Counted from the stretch's first letter, positions 37,234-50,333 are shown. The stretch is DNA of 64,000 nucleotides from Proteromonas lacertae (GCA_002245135.1 NGBS01000594.1:62001-126000), one strand, 5' to 3'. Made by a program: numbers and translations. The notes: generated from the sequence alone by a model not told the origin.

Positions 37234-38313
37234 ATGAATATTATTTTGGTTTCTGTTCTGTTAATCGCATCTGTTATTGTGTTATTCTATGAAATATACT
37301 TATTTGCAAATGGAAGAATGTCGAACATTAACAATACACAAAGAGTGACAAATCTTGAATCTGATTTATTTGTTAGAATGGATCGGCAAATAAATCAAAG
37401 ATTGGAACAGTTGTACAAAGTATACAATAATTGTTCAGATAAATATCCAATGAAATGTGGTTCAATTTATGAAGGAAGGCATATTGGCCATCCTCCATCC
37501 AAGTATAAATCATATTTGAGTAAATTTCCTATCCAATTTTCAGTTGTATCACAATCAACAAAGAGATGTTTTAAATCTTCATTGATCATTTCTGTCATTT
37601 CTTCTCCAGATTCATTTATCAATAGATATTCGTACAGAAAATCATATTCAGTATATAAAGATAAATATCCTTTATATTTCTTTACTGGTTTATCCAGAAA
37701 TGAAACAATTAATGAATTAATGTATGAAGAAAATAAGAGATATGATGATATGATAATATTTGATTATATAAGCAGTTATTATAATATTTCAATTCAATTT
37801 GTAATGTATATGAGATGGTTAAATGACAATTGTAAAGATTATAGATATATATTAAGTCAACAAAGTGATACATTCGTAAATATTCCATATTATCAACAAC
37901 ACTATGAAAAATCTTCAATTAATCATACAGTTATATCAATTATAAGAAGAAATTATATTGTTGTTAGAGATAAAACCAATCCTTGGTATATTCCTAGATC
38001 AGCTTATAATCAAAGTGAAACTTGGCCTGATTTCCCTGTTATTGCTCATATGTTTATACATCAAAATACAGTGAAAAAGATAGTAAATGCTTCAAATTAT
38101 GTAAAGACAGTAATATATTTGGATGATGTTTATTTAGGAATGTTATTGAAGTATTCAAATCTCACTAAAACATTGAAGAGTAATGGTCCTTGTATTTATT
38201 ACTATAATTACAAGCAAATATCAAATATTACACAAACTAAAGATAAAATATTAACTATTCATGAAATAAAACCAGGAGGAGTTTATTATTTATCTTCAAA
38301 GTTTTATCATTGA
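37234..38313 (+). CDS. GT31 glycosyltransferase, copy B
   Basis: Paralog of 19610-20683 with the same motifs (LDDVYLG). Confidence 0.85.
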   Translation: MNIILVSVLLIASVIVLFYEIYLFANGRMSNINNTQRVTNLESDLFVRMDRQINQRLEQLYKVYNNCSDKYPMKCGSIYEGRHIGHPPSKYKSYLSKFPIQFSVVSQSTKRCFKSSLIISVISSPDSFINRYSYRKSYSVYKDKYPLYFFTGLSRNETINELMYEENKRYDDMIIFDYISSYYNISIQFVMYMRWLNDNCKDYRYILSQQSDTFVNIPYYQQHYEKSSINHTVISIIRRNYIVVRDKTNPWYIPRSAYNQSETWPDFPVIAHMFIHQNTVKKIVNASNYVKTVIYLDDVYLGMLLKYSNLTKTLKSNGPCIYYYNYKQISNITQTKDKILTIHEIKPGGVYYLSSKFYH

Positions 38314-38408
38314 AATAATTATTAAGTTTTTATGAATGAATTTGTGTATTTTATTTTAAATAATTATTTCTCAACAATAACTTATAAAATAAAAGACAAT
38401 CTTAAATC

Positions 38409-39417
38409 TCATAAAAGATATACTACTTCTATTCTATTATTATCACAATCATCATTACTATACGCTGTACATCTATTATAATCACTTATAAACGAATTGG
38501 TGATGTTAATAATCATATTTACATTGTCTTGTTTCAATGCTTTTCTACATGTATTTATTGTTATTGAATTATTTACTTTATTTAACATTATATCATCATC
38601 ACCACCATGTAATACTTTCTTCTTTCTATCATTACAATTCAATTGTAACAAAGTAATTGGAATATTATAAATCATTTCTTTACCATATTTAACATTTACA
38701 CTATTATTATCTTTAATTAATTCGATTATAGTAAATTCGTAAGTTATACTTTCATCTGGAGAAGTAAAATATATTTTTCTACCTATGTAGTATACTCTTT
38801 TTAAATCTTCTTTTTCTTCTATTTCTTTTATTTTTTGTTTTATTATCTTCTCTATTCTTTCTTGAGTATAATATTGCTTAGTATATCTATTTAAACCATA
38901 TTCATTACAATGGGTTTTATAGTGATTAATTCTGTTTCTTTCATTTGAATTTGAAACATCCAATATTTCATCAAATTCATCGACATATCCAATGAAATGG
39001 AATGTGATGAGGCTTTCTTTGATATCTACGACTTTTGCTGGTAACCACCTATTAATTATGTCTCTAACATCATATAAATCACCTATTCTAAATTCACGTC
39101 TATCATCTACTATCATACTTTGTGTTCTTTGTGTTAAACAGACTACACATACAAAGGAATCTGAATTATTGTTATATGAACATATTGGGCAAATCCATGG
39201 GCTTCTCAGATTTGTTGATTTTTTTTGTATCTTATCCCATCCTGCTTCTTCATCTTTAATATATTTTGAGTAATATGAATCTTCATTTCGTTTCAGATGA
39301 TAAAAATAGCTTTGTTCTTCAAGTTTTTTAATCTAAAAAACGATAAATATAATATTATAATACATATTTTAAATTTACACCAAAAGATTGGTTAGAAGTA
39401 TTTCTTCTATCTACCAT
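38409..39417 (-). CDS. NZF/RanBP2 finger + Tudor-knot protein, paralog 1
   Basis: Intron 39333-39363. WICPICSYNNNSDSFVCVVC; GDLYDVRD..WLPAKV..FHFIGY..FDE; TNSFISDYNR. Confidence 0.75.
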
Positions 39418-39631
39418 ATGGTTGTTTCTAACGTTATTTTGTGATATGCTATCATAATTCTGTGAATCATTCATACATAAAAAAAGTGTAAGTTCAGTCT
39501 ATGTAAAGTAAGTGTTTTGAAAATTTAAAAACAGTTTTTTGTAACGAATATAAAGTGTAAAAACATAAAAACTAAAGCAAATACAGAAAAACAGAAAAAT
39601 ACTATAATACATAGAAAACTAATTAAATCAT

Positions 39632-40564
39632 TCACAATTCTATACAATTATAAAAATCTGTTTCTATATCACTATTACAATAAATGGTGGTTCTATTCAT
39701 ATCCGAAATAAATGAATTAGTAATTTTATCAATGAAACTTTCCTCTTTTAACACTCTTCTGGTTACATTAATAACAATTCCATTATTACTGTCATTATGA
39801 CTATTATCACCTCTTATCATCATCAGATTCTTATTATTTTTAATATCGTCCTTGGATATCTCCAAATCTACAGAAGTTAAGGGTATACCACTCAATACTT
39901 CATTTCCACATCGTACTGTCAAAGTATTATTTATTTCATCAAATTTTACTATCTTATAAACATAGATAACATCATTTAATCTATTATATACTTCTCTTCC
40001 AATATAATATTCTGATTTCAGATCTGGTTCCTCTAAATCTTTAAATTTCTTAACAAAATCTTTCATTCTTTCATCACTAAACATTTTTACTGTGTATTTA
40101 CTTAATCCATAATTTAATTTGCAACTTTCATAAAGTTTGATTCTTTTTATATCTTCTTTCTTTGATAAATCCAATTCTTCATTGAATAGATCAATCCATC
40201 CTCTGAAATGAATAGTAATTTTGTTATTATTCTTCTTAACTACTTTTGACGGATATATTATTCCTCTAAAATCTGCACAATCGACTAAATCATCAACTGC
40301 TAGATCATAAACTGAAAAAACTGAAGTTAGAGAAAGATTTCTATCTAATCTTCTTTCACCACAGATCTCACACTCATATATACTTGGATTATTGATATAG
40401 GTGCAATTTTGACATTCCCAATTCACTAACACATTCGATTGCTTCTTTTTATACCACTGTTCATTGTCTTCCCTAGAAAACCTAGTATGATCATCTGTAT
40501 GGTTAACATAATTGTAAATCAGATAAGTCTCTTCACTTAACTTCATCTCCTCTTTCTCATTCAT
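39632..40564 (-). CDS. NZF/RanBP2 finger + Tudor-knot protein, paralog 2
   Basis: WECQNCTYINNPSIYECEICG; DLVDCAD..YPSKV..IHFRGW..FNE; TNSFISDMNR. Confidence 0.8.
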   Translation of the reverse strand: MNEKEEMKLSEETYLIYNYVNHTDDHTRFSREDNEQWYKKKQSNVLVNWECQNCTYINNPSIYECEICGERRLDRNLSLTSVFSVYDLAVDDLVDCADFRGIIYPSKVVKKNNNKITIHFRGWIDLFNEELDLSKKEDIKRIKLYESCKLNYGLSKYTVKMFSDERMKDFVKKFKDLEEPDLKSEYYIGREVYNRLNDVIYVYKIVKFDEINNTLTVRCGNEVLSGIPLTSVDLEISKDDIKNNKNLMMIRGDNSHNDSNNGIVINVTRRVLKEESFIDKITNSFISDMNRTTIYCNSDIETDFYNCIEL

Positions 40565-40981
40565 GCTTTAGCAATTCTTCATTTTTCTTTATTTTTCTTA
40601 AAACGAATAGATTATTGAAACAAAGAATTATTTTTAATTTATCTCACCAATGAATGTATTCGAGACTATCGCAATACTTTTACTAGTTTGTTTATTGATT
40701 AATTGATTTAAAGGAATGAAAATTACAAAAATTGAACCCTAGTTTATTAGGGTTTTGTCTTATAGATTTTTGAAGGTATTATAATAGCGAAATATGTAGT
40801 AGATGTGATGTGAATGATAGTTGATTATTTTTGTTTAATTTGTGAATTTTAGCTAAATTACTTTCTTCATACAAACATATATTTAACGCTTTATGTAATA
40901 TTGAAAATATTTTTATGTGCTTAATATATGCTATGTAGTTGCACATGATAAAGACTAGTAAATACAGAAGAATAACTCAAA

Positions 40982-41974
40982 ATGTATTTACAGAGTAAGA
41001 ATAGTTGTTTGTTTATTTTCATTATTATTATTAGTTTAATTATTTTAATTAGTTTATATTTATATAAATATAAGAGTAAATATACATACGGATTGAGAAG
41101 AAGAAATAACAAATCGCAATGCGTTATTTTTAGCTTAGCTCTTCATTATAAATGGAATAATGTTAAATATTTCATTCAATCACTAATAAAAACACAATAT
41201 AATGGATCACTAATATTATTAGTTGAAGAAAATTCCACACTAATTTCAAATACAATACTAAAATCTATGAATGTGTCATTTTTAATTATTACTGAGAAAT
41301 ATCCATTTATATCAATTAATAACAAAATATATGATTTTGACTTGACAGATATCAAAAAGAAAATGATTAAAAGTCATAAATTTAAGTTTACAGTTTACAG
41401 GCATTTTATTATCAAATTTTGGATGGATCATTATCTTGATCTCTTTGATTATTACTCAATCATTGATATAAGAGATGTTGTATTTCAAAATAATCCATTT
41501 GATTTTGATATGAAGAGAGGAGTATATTTATTTGAAGAGGCAATAAATTATCCTATAAAAAGACAAAAGAAAAATGTTGAATGGATAAGTGTTTATAAAA
41601 ATTGGGAAAATATATCAAACAAACCAATCTTAAATTCAGGAGTTACATTTGGAACAAAATATGAAATTTATAGTTTTTATAAAATCTATTTACGATTATT
41701 AAATAATTCATATACAGCAAGTCAAGCAACATTGAATTATTACTATTATAATGGTTATTTCGATTCTGTTCCTATATTCTTATTTCGAAATGGTTATGGA
41801 TTGGTTTTACATTTTCATGTTGAATTTGTTGATAAAAATAATTCAGAATTATTCTTTCCTCCTTACAATAATTGTTTTGTAAATAAAGATAAATCAATTC
41901 CTTCCATAATACATCAATATGATAGAATTGGATATAGAAAACTCAGTAAATACTTAGATCAATTCAACCAATAG
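40982..41974 (+). CDS. Type II membrane GT-A-fold glycosyltransferase-like protein
   Basis: N-terminal TM; DIRDVVFQNNPF, LNSGVTFG and IIHQYDR motifs; intronless. Confidence 0.7.
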   Translation: MYLQSKNSCLFIFIIIISLIILISLYLYKYKSKYTYGLRRRNNKSQCVIFSLALHYKWNNVKYFIQSLIKTQYNGSLILLVEENSTLISNTILKSMNVSFLIITEKYPFISINNKIYDFDLTDIKKKMIKSHKFKFTVYRHFIIKFWMDHYLDLFDYYSIIDIRDVVFQNNPFDFDMKRGVYLFEEAINYPIKRQKKNVEWISVYKNWENISNKPILNSGVTFGTKYEIYSFYKIYLRLLNNSYTASQATLNYYYYNGYFDSVPIFLFRNGYGLVLHFHVEFVDKNNSELFFPPYNNCFVNKDKSIPSIIHQYDRIGYRKLSKYLDQFNQ

Positions 41975-42812
41975 TAAATACATAAATATTTATATTATTG
42001 GTAAATCAAATCAAAAAGTTGCCAAGAAAAGTGAATATATCAGTATCATCGAAATTTGAAAAAGATAAAATGATGAATAACAAATTAAACTAAAAATAAA
42101 TTAAAATCATAACATAAAAATAAATAAAATTATTGTGTGAATGATGAATAATGCATAGCAGTTATTCAAATACAAAGAAAGATGATGAAGGTTTGTATAT
42201 ACAATACACACAGAAATATAGATGTATTATATATCTACATTATTTTAATATATTTTTATACACTTAATCACAAAATCCAAATAAAATCATAGATAAATTA
42301 TAAACTAATATTATAAATTATTAAATATCTGCATATTATTCTGTAACTTGTATATATAGTTGATATATTCTTCACGTTTGAAATTACTCCTCTTTTGTAG
42401 TCTACAATACCTTTTATCTATTTTATTAGCTGATTCTTGTGATATACTAAAATTCTTTGGTATTTCATTCTTCGCCTTCAGTATTTCGTTAATTTTAAAT
42501 ATACTGTCAACTTTGGGGGTATGTTCATCTTGCCTCTGATTTACTTTATCAATATCTGAAATATAAGAACTAATTTCCGTATCTAGCTGTAACAACGAGT
42601 CATTATAGTCAATTTCAACTGAATAGCCGTTGATTAAGTAATTCATATCTTCCATAATATTTTGAGCTTTGATGTTATTATTTATCAAGTATAAATGTTA
42701 GTTAGAGTGAAAAAGAAGAAATTAGTGTAAATTAGAAACAACTATATTTTTATGAATTATTTGATTTTAACGAATATATTATTGAAACAATCAAATTTAT
42801 TTTGAAATAAAA

Positions 42813-43486
42813 ATGCCAAATGTTTTAGAGAACGAGTGGACAATATGGAGGCAGTTACCTTCTAAAAAGGATGATGCACAATCTTATTTGTCTGGAATGG
42901 AAGAAGTATGCAAATTTGGATCAGTTGAGTCATTTTGGAAGTCATATTTAAATCTACCACCTATAAGGTATTTATAGAATTAATAAAATGCAGTGAGCTG
43001 TTTTATTCTGAAGGAACTCGTAAGAGTGAAGTACTAGATGTAGAAACAGGAATCAAATCTCAAGTTGAAGCAATATGTTTATTCAAAGTAGGAATAACAC
43101 CAAAATGGGAAGATCCATCCAATTGTACAGGAGGTGAACTTTCTTTTCGTCGTATTTTCAGATTATCTATAAAATAGTAACTAGAGAATTGCATGAAATA
43201 CAAGACATGTGGGATACATTAGTATTACTAACAATTGGTGAGAATTTAGAAGAAGCCAATGAAATTACTGGAATTCGAATAGTTGATAAAGTATATATAT
43301 ATATATATATCATATTATTATAAATAGACTCGTAAAGGCAAACCTGTATATCGTTTTGAAATATGGTATAAAGATGATACAAAAACAGAATTTATTAAAT
43401 TATTGGAAGAGAATATGAAGGAATTTTTAGATATACAACCTTCCATGATAAAACAAGAATCTCATAAAACAGTTAGTTGGCATTAA
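42813..43486 (+). CDS. EIF4E: Eukaryotic translation initiation factor 4E family protein, 3 introns
   Basis: LENEWTIW, FGSVESFW, LFKVGITPKWED..GG, IGE, ITGIR and RFEIW. Confidence 0.9.
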
Positions 43487-43624
43487 ATTAATTGTATAAA
43501 TAAAAAATCAATTTTGTTTTTGTTAATGATTGAAAATAATATATAACAAAAACAAAACAAAACAATAGAAACATTATATATAAATAATAGAAAGAAAAAT
43601 AATAATAAAAATTGAATAATTTTG

Positions 43625-44260
43625 TTAATTCCTTGGTGTAACTGGTGTAGATACTGTTTTATTATCATCTTGTTTGAAAAAAGGATGTTTTAGTGCTTCT
43701 TCAGCTGTTATTCTTTTCAATGGATCTAATACAAAACATTTAAGTAATAAATCACATAAATTGGAAATCTCTATAAAAATATCTTTATAAAATATATATA
43801 TTAATACGTTTTTTATCTTCATTTTTATTGGCTTTCTTTAATAATTCTTGGCTTAAATTTCTCTCTGGATTATTCACATCATATTTCTTTTTCTCAAGCT
43901 TTGGCAAGCCTGAAGCAATATCCACAGTTTGATAGATAAAATATCCATCTACAAAATAATAAGATTTCTTTAATAAATCATAAGCTGTATAATGTTGAGA
44001 AATGATTTTCTTTGAAAATTGTCCTTTTACTTCTTGAAATAGTTTTATCATTTCATTATTTGAATTACCTGGAAACATAACATCACCTGTATATAATTCA
44101 TATAAACAACAACCTGCAGACCAAATATCAATTGGACAAGCTAAATAAATATAGAATATAGAATAATAAATGTGAAAAGAAGTAGAGAGAGTAAAAATGA
44201 GTAAAAAAAAAATAACATTTTAAAGAGAAAGATATATATTTTTTAAAAACGTTTATAAGA

Positions 44261-44295
<35 letters not shown>

Positions 44296-45768
44296 ATTTC
44301 AATCCCAATATAATTTCTGGTGCTCTATAATATCTAGATACTAAATAAGGAGTGACGTCATTTGGACCATCAGTAAATATTGCAGAACCAAAATCAGCTA
44401 CTTGAATACTATTCTTTTCTTCATTAATCAGTATATTATCAGGTTTTAAATCTGCATGAATAATATTTATACAATGGATGTGTTTCAACGCTGTGAATAA
44501 TTGATAGCCGTATACTTTCACTGCATCTAAATGTAAGCCAACGTTTCTACCATATTTATTGAGTAATTCTCTTAAATTCATACTCATAATATTAAATACG
44601 ATGCAATAATGTTTACGATATGAAAATGTGTCTAGTATTCTCATACAGTGCTTGTTATGCTGTAGATCTTTCTCTGAGATTAATTCGATTGTTTTTACTT
44701 CTTTCTCAGCTATAGATAAAATAAAATAAAATAAAATATATATTTATATTTATATACCTTCTTTTGTCATTATTTCATTCGATCTTACTACTTTAATTGC
44801 GACATTAAAATTGTTATTCATTATATCTTCACACTTCAAAACTGTACTAAAAACACCTTTTCCAAATTCTCCCAGAACTCGATATCTATTATAAAATAAT
44901 TCACCAACTCTACAAATATAATATCCTTCTTCATTGTCAAACATTTCTACATTGTTGTCATTTAATTGAATATTGTTTGAATCATTCGTATTGCTTATAT
45001 TAGGTAGATCGTCTGAGAACATATCGAATTCAATTGAAATATTATTCTATTTGATGATATATATATAATAGAATAAGAATATACCTTTTCTTCCATTTTA
45101 ATTTCTTCTTTTTTCATTTTTTCTTTTTCTTCTTTCACAGTTTCTGATTTCATTTCTGTATTTTTTACCGTTTCTTCTTCTTTAATATTATCCTCTTTTA
45201 TCTCTTTTTCTTTTTCTTTTTCTTTTTCTTTTTCTTTTTCTTTTTCTTTTTCTTTTTCTTTTTCTTTTTCTTTTTCTTCGTTTGTTTGAGATAATAACAT
45301 CAATAGTCTTTTTCTTCTTTCTTCCGCTTCTTTCTGCTTTTCTTCTTCATCTTCAAATAAACTAACATCTTCCAACGGACTGTCAGAATCGTCATTTTTA
45401 TTGTTATTATTTGTAATTGATGTATGTGTCTGATTATTTTCATCATTTACTAAATTAGCTTGCTTCTCTTCTTCTTTCGGTTTATTATTATTATTATTAT
45501 TTTCATTAGCTTTTGCTATTTCTTTTGAATCAACTTTTCTACGTTTTGAAGATCTACTTCTACTCTCAGACCTATATGCATATAAATATATTAAAATATA
45601 CACTCTACTTCTTTTAGAATGTGAATGATGTCTTCTATGGCTTTTATCACTGGAATAATGGGAATGGTGAGATCTAGAATGGTGCCTGTGATTCCCACGA
45701 GAATATTTATCCCTTCTTTCTATGCTTTTATCATTAATTTCACCTTCTTCATAATCTTCGTGTGACAT
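43625..45768 (-). CDS. PRPF4B: PRP4 kinase, multi-exon
   Basis: RS/H-rich N-terminus. DNEEGYY, GKGVFSTV, HADLKPDN, DFGSA, TPYLVSRYYRAPE and LDPLKR. Confidence 0.95.
45200..45278 (-). repeat. Hexamer repeat encoding (EK)n within PRP4 kinase
   Basis: (TTTTTC)n run read directly. Confidence 0.9.
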
Positions 45769-45824
45769 TACAAAATATTACCAAAATTACCAATTAAATT
45801 ACTTATAGTTATTTTTGAAAATTC

Positions 45825-46336
45825 ATGTCAATACAAAGACCTTCATCTATGCCATCTGATGATGTTGATGTCAGAGAAGAAGATCAATTGCAATTAAATG
45901 AGTTTGGAGCAATAAATTCAAGACTTTTTGAGATTAGAGATGATATGAAAGAATTAAAGGTATTAATTACTTTATTTATTTTTATAATCAATACAGAAAC
46001 AAATTGATTCATATACTGATGCAGTTGATGAAATTCCTCTAATTGAAGAAGGTGATGATAGTTTATTGTATATGGTTATGAATTATTATCTTTTGATAGG
46101 TTAAATATAGGTGATGGGTTCATATTTAGCAATGAAGATGAATTAACAACATTTTTAGAAGAAAAGATTGATGTATAAATATACCTTTATTCATATATAA
46201 TAATAATTTGAAATAGCAAATGAAAGCAAAGTATAATTCTTTTCATGAAGAAGAACAAGCTATACTTGATAGACAAAAAGAGTTGAAGGTTATATTATAT
46301 GGTAGATTTGGTAGATCAATTAATTTAGAAGCGTAA
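45825..46336 (+). CDS. PFDN4: Prefoldin subunit 4, 3 introns
   Basis: VREEDQLQLNEF, DAVDEI, IGDGF and LKVILYGRFGRSINLEA*. Confidence 0.92.
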
Positions 46337-46613
46337 ATAAAAAAGATATTCCTTTTAATTCTTTTTTTTACTTATCATTTGTTTGTTATGTTTAAAAACA
46401 GAATATCTATGTTTATGTAGTATTCATATAAACATATATATTTAAATAATGTATATACAATGATGTTATGATAGTTTTTACTATAAATGGGTGTAAAAAT
46501 GATTTTTCATAACCCAGTCAAATGGGTTAGCCAAAATAGTCCAACATAAATTGCATTTTATATTTTATCAGTCTACAGTATAAAAAAGGTAATTTGTGAA
46601 TGCCTTGAATATA

Positions 46614-47655
46614 ATGAATGAAGGTATTTTCATTATAGATTTTTTAACTAGATTCAACGTCGAGAAATTATATTAATTATACATGTCCTGCTACTCTAGA
46701 GGAGGTATAATATATTTATACATAAATAATATAATAGAAAAAAGAAGTAGAAGAAACTCACTTTGCCTATGCAGTAAAAATGAACGATTATACAAACTAT
46801 ACATCAAGATTTAGTCAAAATGATGATTATGGTTATGAATTAAAGAAAAGATCTAAATTTATGAGTGGTAGAGATTGGTCCTGTGAGTTTTGCACTTTCA
46901 TAAACAAAGCTGGTTCAACCGTGTGTTTAATTTGTGGTGCAGCCAATCCATATATTCTAGAAGCTAATTCTATTCTAAATGATAAAAGTTGTACAGATAG
47001 TTTAATTGAAGGAAGTTTAATTGACTGTAAAGATATGAGAGGAGTGTGGTATCCTTCTAAAATCATTAGAAAAAATGGAAGTGAGATATTAGTCCATTTC
47101 AGAGGTTGGAGGAATGAATTTGATGAATTAATTTATACGAAAGATCCATTTTATGAAAGTCGAATAGCTGATTATGAAATGATGAAAAATGAATATCCAT
47201 TACATAAATATACAATACAATACTACAGTAAAGATAAGATAGAAAAATATTTGAAGATGATGGAAAAGAAAGAGAATGAAACAATAGAAGATAAATATCC
47301 AATGGGTAGTAATGTTTATATCGAAATACATGATAATGATATATATGAATATAAAGTGATTGGAATAAATGAAATGGAAAGAACATTAGATTTAATACAT
47401 AATAAAGAAGTTATAAACTCAGTTCCAGTGAATTTAGTTCGTTCTGAAGCTGATATAGATAAAACTGCTATAATACACAGAAATAAAGAAAATAATGAAT
47501 TAAATTCAATTACTATAAACACTTCTAGGCTCGCTATTTCTTGTGATAGTAATGTTGATAGAGCCACTAATTCCATGATAGGTGATTTGAATAAGCAAAC
47601 AGTTTATTCAAACGAAAATGTAAAAGATTGTGGATATACTACATATATATTCTGA
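46614..47655 (+). CDS. NZF/RanBP2 finger + Tudor-knot protein, paralog 3 (2 introns)
   Basis: ATG at 46614 splices into the 46780 frame. WSCEFCTFIN..CLICG; GSLIDCKDMRGVWYP..VHFRGW..FDE. Confidence 0.8.
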
Positions 47656-47936
47656 TAATAATGTCATTAAGTTTTTCTTTTTATCTCCGCATACTTGATA
47701 AATATTTAATATGTATATATATATATGAGATATACATTTTTTTGATATGTTTATTGGTGTGTGTTATTTTATTCATAAACTGAAGATAATTTATATTCAC
47801 TATTTGAAATATTGATTGTCAACTATAAGTAGATTAACTCAACAATATTATTCAATTTTACACTAAAAATGGTTTATCGAAAAAATATCTAAAACCAACC
47901 AACTACGTTATTTTATTTGTTCTTACAACTAAATGA

Positions 47937-48869
47937 ATGGATAATACCAAAGATAAAAAAAATTATACTTGTTCTGCTACTCTAGAGGAGGTATAATATA
48001 TTTATACATAAATAATATAATAGAAAAAAGAAGTAGAAGAAACTCACTTTGCCTATGCAGTAAAAATGAACGATTATACAAACTATACATCAAGATTTAG
48101 TCAAAATGATGATTATGGTTATGAATTAAAGAAAAGATCTAAATTTATGAGTGGTAGAGATTGGTCCTGTGAGTTTTGCACTTTCATAAACAAAGCTGGT
48201 TCAACCGTGTGTTTAATTTGTGGTGCAGCCAATCCATATATTCTAGAAGCTAATTCTATTCTAAATGATAAAAGTTGTACAGATAGTTTAATTGAAGGAA
48301 GTTTAATTGACTGTAAAGATATGAGAGGAGTGTGGTATCCTTCTAAAATCATTAGAAAAAATGGAAGTGAGATATTAGTCCATTTCAGAGGTTGTAAGGA
48401 TGAATTTGATGAATTAATTGATATAAACTGTCCATTTTATGAAAGTCGAATAGCTGATTATGAAATGATGAAAAATGAATATCCATTACATAAATATACA
48501 ATACAATACTACAGTAAAGATAAGATAGAAAAATATTTGAAGATGATGGAAAAGAAAGAGAATGAAACAATAGAAGATAAATATCCAATGGGTAGTAATG
48601 TTTATATCGAAATACATGATAATGATATATATGAATATAAAGTGATTGGAATAAATGAAATGGAAAGAACATTAGATTTAATACATAATAAAGAAGTTAT
48701 AAACTCAGTTCCAGTGAATTTAGTTCGTTCTGAAGCTGATATAGATAAAACTGCTATAATACACAGAAATAAAGAAAATAATGAATTAAATTCAATTACT
48801 ATAAACACTTGTGGTGAAACATTTTTATTTAATCCAACACTTCATTCAGATACAAATTTAGAAATGTAA
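47937..48869 (+). CDS. NZF + Tudor-knot protein, paralog 4 (near-identical tandem copy of paralog 3)
   Basis: 47974-48810 duplicates 46688-47524. It has its own ATG at 47937 and a different C-terminus. Confidence 0.75.
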
Positions 48870-49120
48870 ATTAGTTATGGATAATAATATTTCCATGTAT
48901 TAGCATTAATTTATGCTAATATTTAAGATGTAAATAATATTTATGAATTTTTAACATAATGATTGTTAATTGTTGAACTACAACAATCAGTATCATAAAA
49001 TAGTTATTGACACATAAGTTAAAGAGTAGCTCTGTTTATAAGAAATTTTAGAAATATAAAATTGGTTAACCAAAAATAAAAAACGATATTAATCTTTTAT
49101 TTTGATTTTTCTATTGATAA

Positions 49121-50147
49121 ATGAATGGAGGTATTATTCATGTAGTTTATATTGACTAGATTCAGCGTTGGGTAGTAGAATCTGTAATGGCTATGCTGGT
49201 ACTATAGAAGAAGTATAATGTCATTTCTATTTATGATAATTTAATAGCAAAAAGATGAAGAAGAGAAACATTATGCCTATGCAGTTTGTACCGAAAATCA
49301 AAAGAATTATATATCTCCTTTTTGTCAATTTGATGAACATGGTTATATTTATAAAGAAAAATTCAAAGTAAGATTCCCAGATTGGAAATGTGAAATCTGT
49401 CCTCATAAAAATCAAGGTCTTTTAACATCATGTCTTTATTGTGGTGCAGCAAGGCCATTAATACTTGAACCTCATCCACTGAAGAAATTTTTAGATAGTT
49501 TAAAGCCAGGAAGTCTATTTGATTGTAAAGATATGAGAGGAGTATGGTATCCAGCAAAAGTTATTGATAGAAGTGGGAATGACTTATTAGTTCACTTCAG
49601 AGGATGGAAAGACTGTTTTAATGAAATAATCGATTTAAAAAACCCTGAAACTTTAAATAGAATTGGAGAATATCATGATTATAAGGATGAATATGGTTTA
49701 TATTTATATACTAAACAATATTTTAGTAAAGAAAGACTAGAAAAATTTCTAGAAGCTCCAATGAGGTTAATTAGAAGTAAAACTCATAAAGAGTCATCAC
49801 CAATATTACATTATAATAGTGCAGCTGATGATATGAGTAGATATACACAACCAATAAAGGAAGAAAGCAAAGCAACAAAATTAACACACTCAAAACCTGT
49901 GAAAACTAAAACTAATAGAGAATTAACACCTACAATTGCTATACAACAACTTACACAGCCAATTATTATGAATCAACCAATAGAACCAATTATTATGAGT
50001 GGATTTACTCCTACTGATGCTGTTGAACAATCAACACCTACAATTGATGTAGATGAATCAACGCAACAAATAGAACAAGAGAAAATAGCTGATGAATTTA
50101 ATGATTCTTCAACTAGTGATTTGCATTTATGCTCTGTTAGCTCGTAA
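49121..50147 (+). CDS. NZF + Tudor-knot protein, paralog 5 (T/Q/P-rich tail)
   Basis: Same two-intron 5' structure as paralog 3. WKCEICPHKN..CLYCG; VHFRGWKDCFNE. Confidence 0.75.
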
Positions 50148-50333
50148 GATTAGTTGTAAATAATGTATATATATATATAAGCAACCTATTTTAATGTATT
50201 TTTGAGGATTTTTATAAATATATTCGTTATTTTGAATTTTAAAATGAAATTTATTCGTTTTAGTCTAACATTTTTTTTTTGTATGTAATTAATGGATTCT
50301 CTTCTTTAAAAGAATCCTAACTAGTCGACAATA

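Noticed and set aside
42311..42688. 125-aa minus-strand ORF
   Set aside because: Starts at TTG with no recognisable motif. It could be an exon of a small gene but cannot be supported.
47109..48430. Variable patch as a diversity-generating retroelement TR/VR pair
   Set aside because: Substitutions are not adenine-specific and no reverse transcriptase is present.
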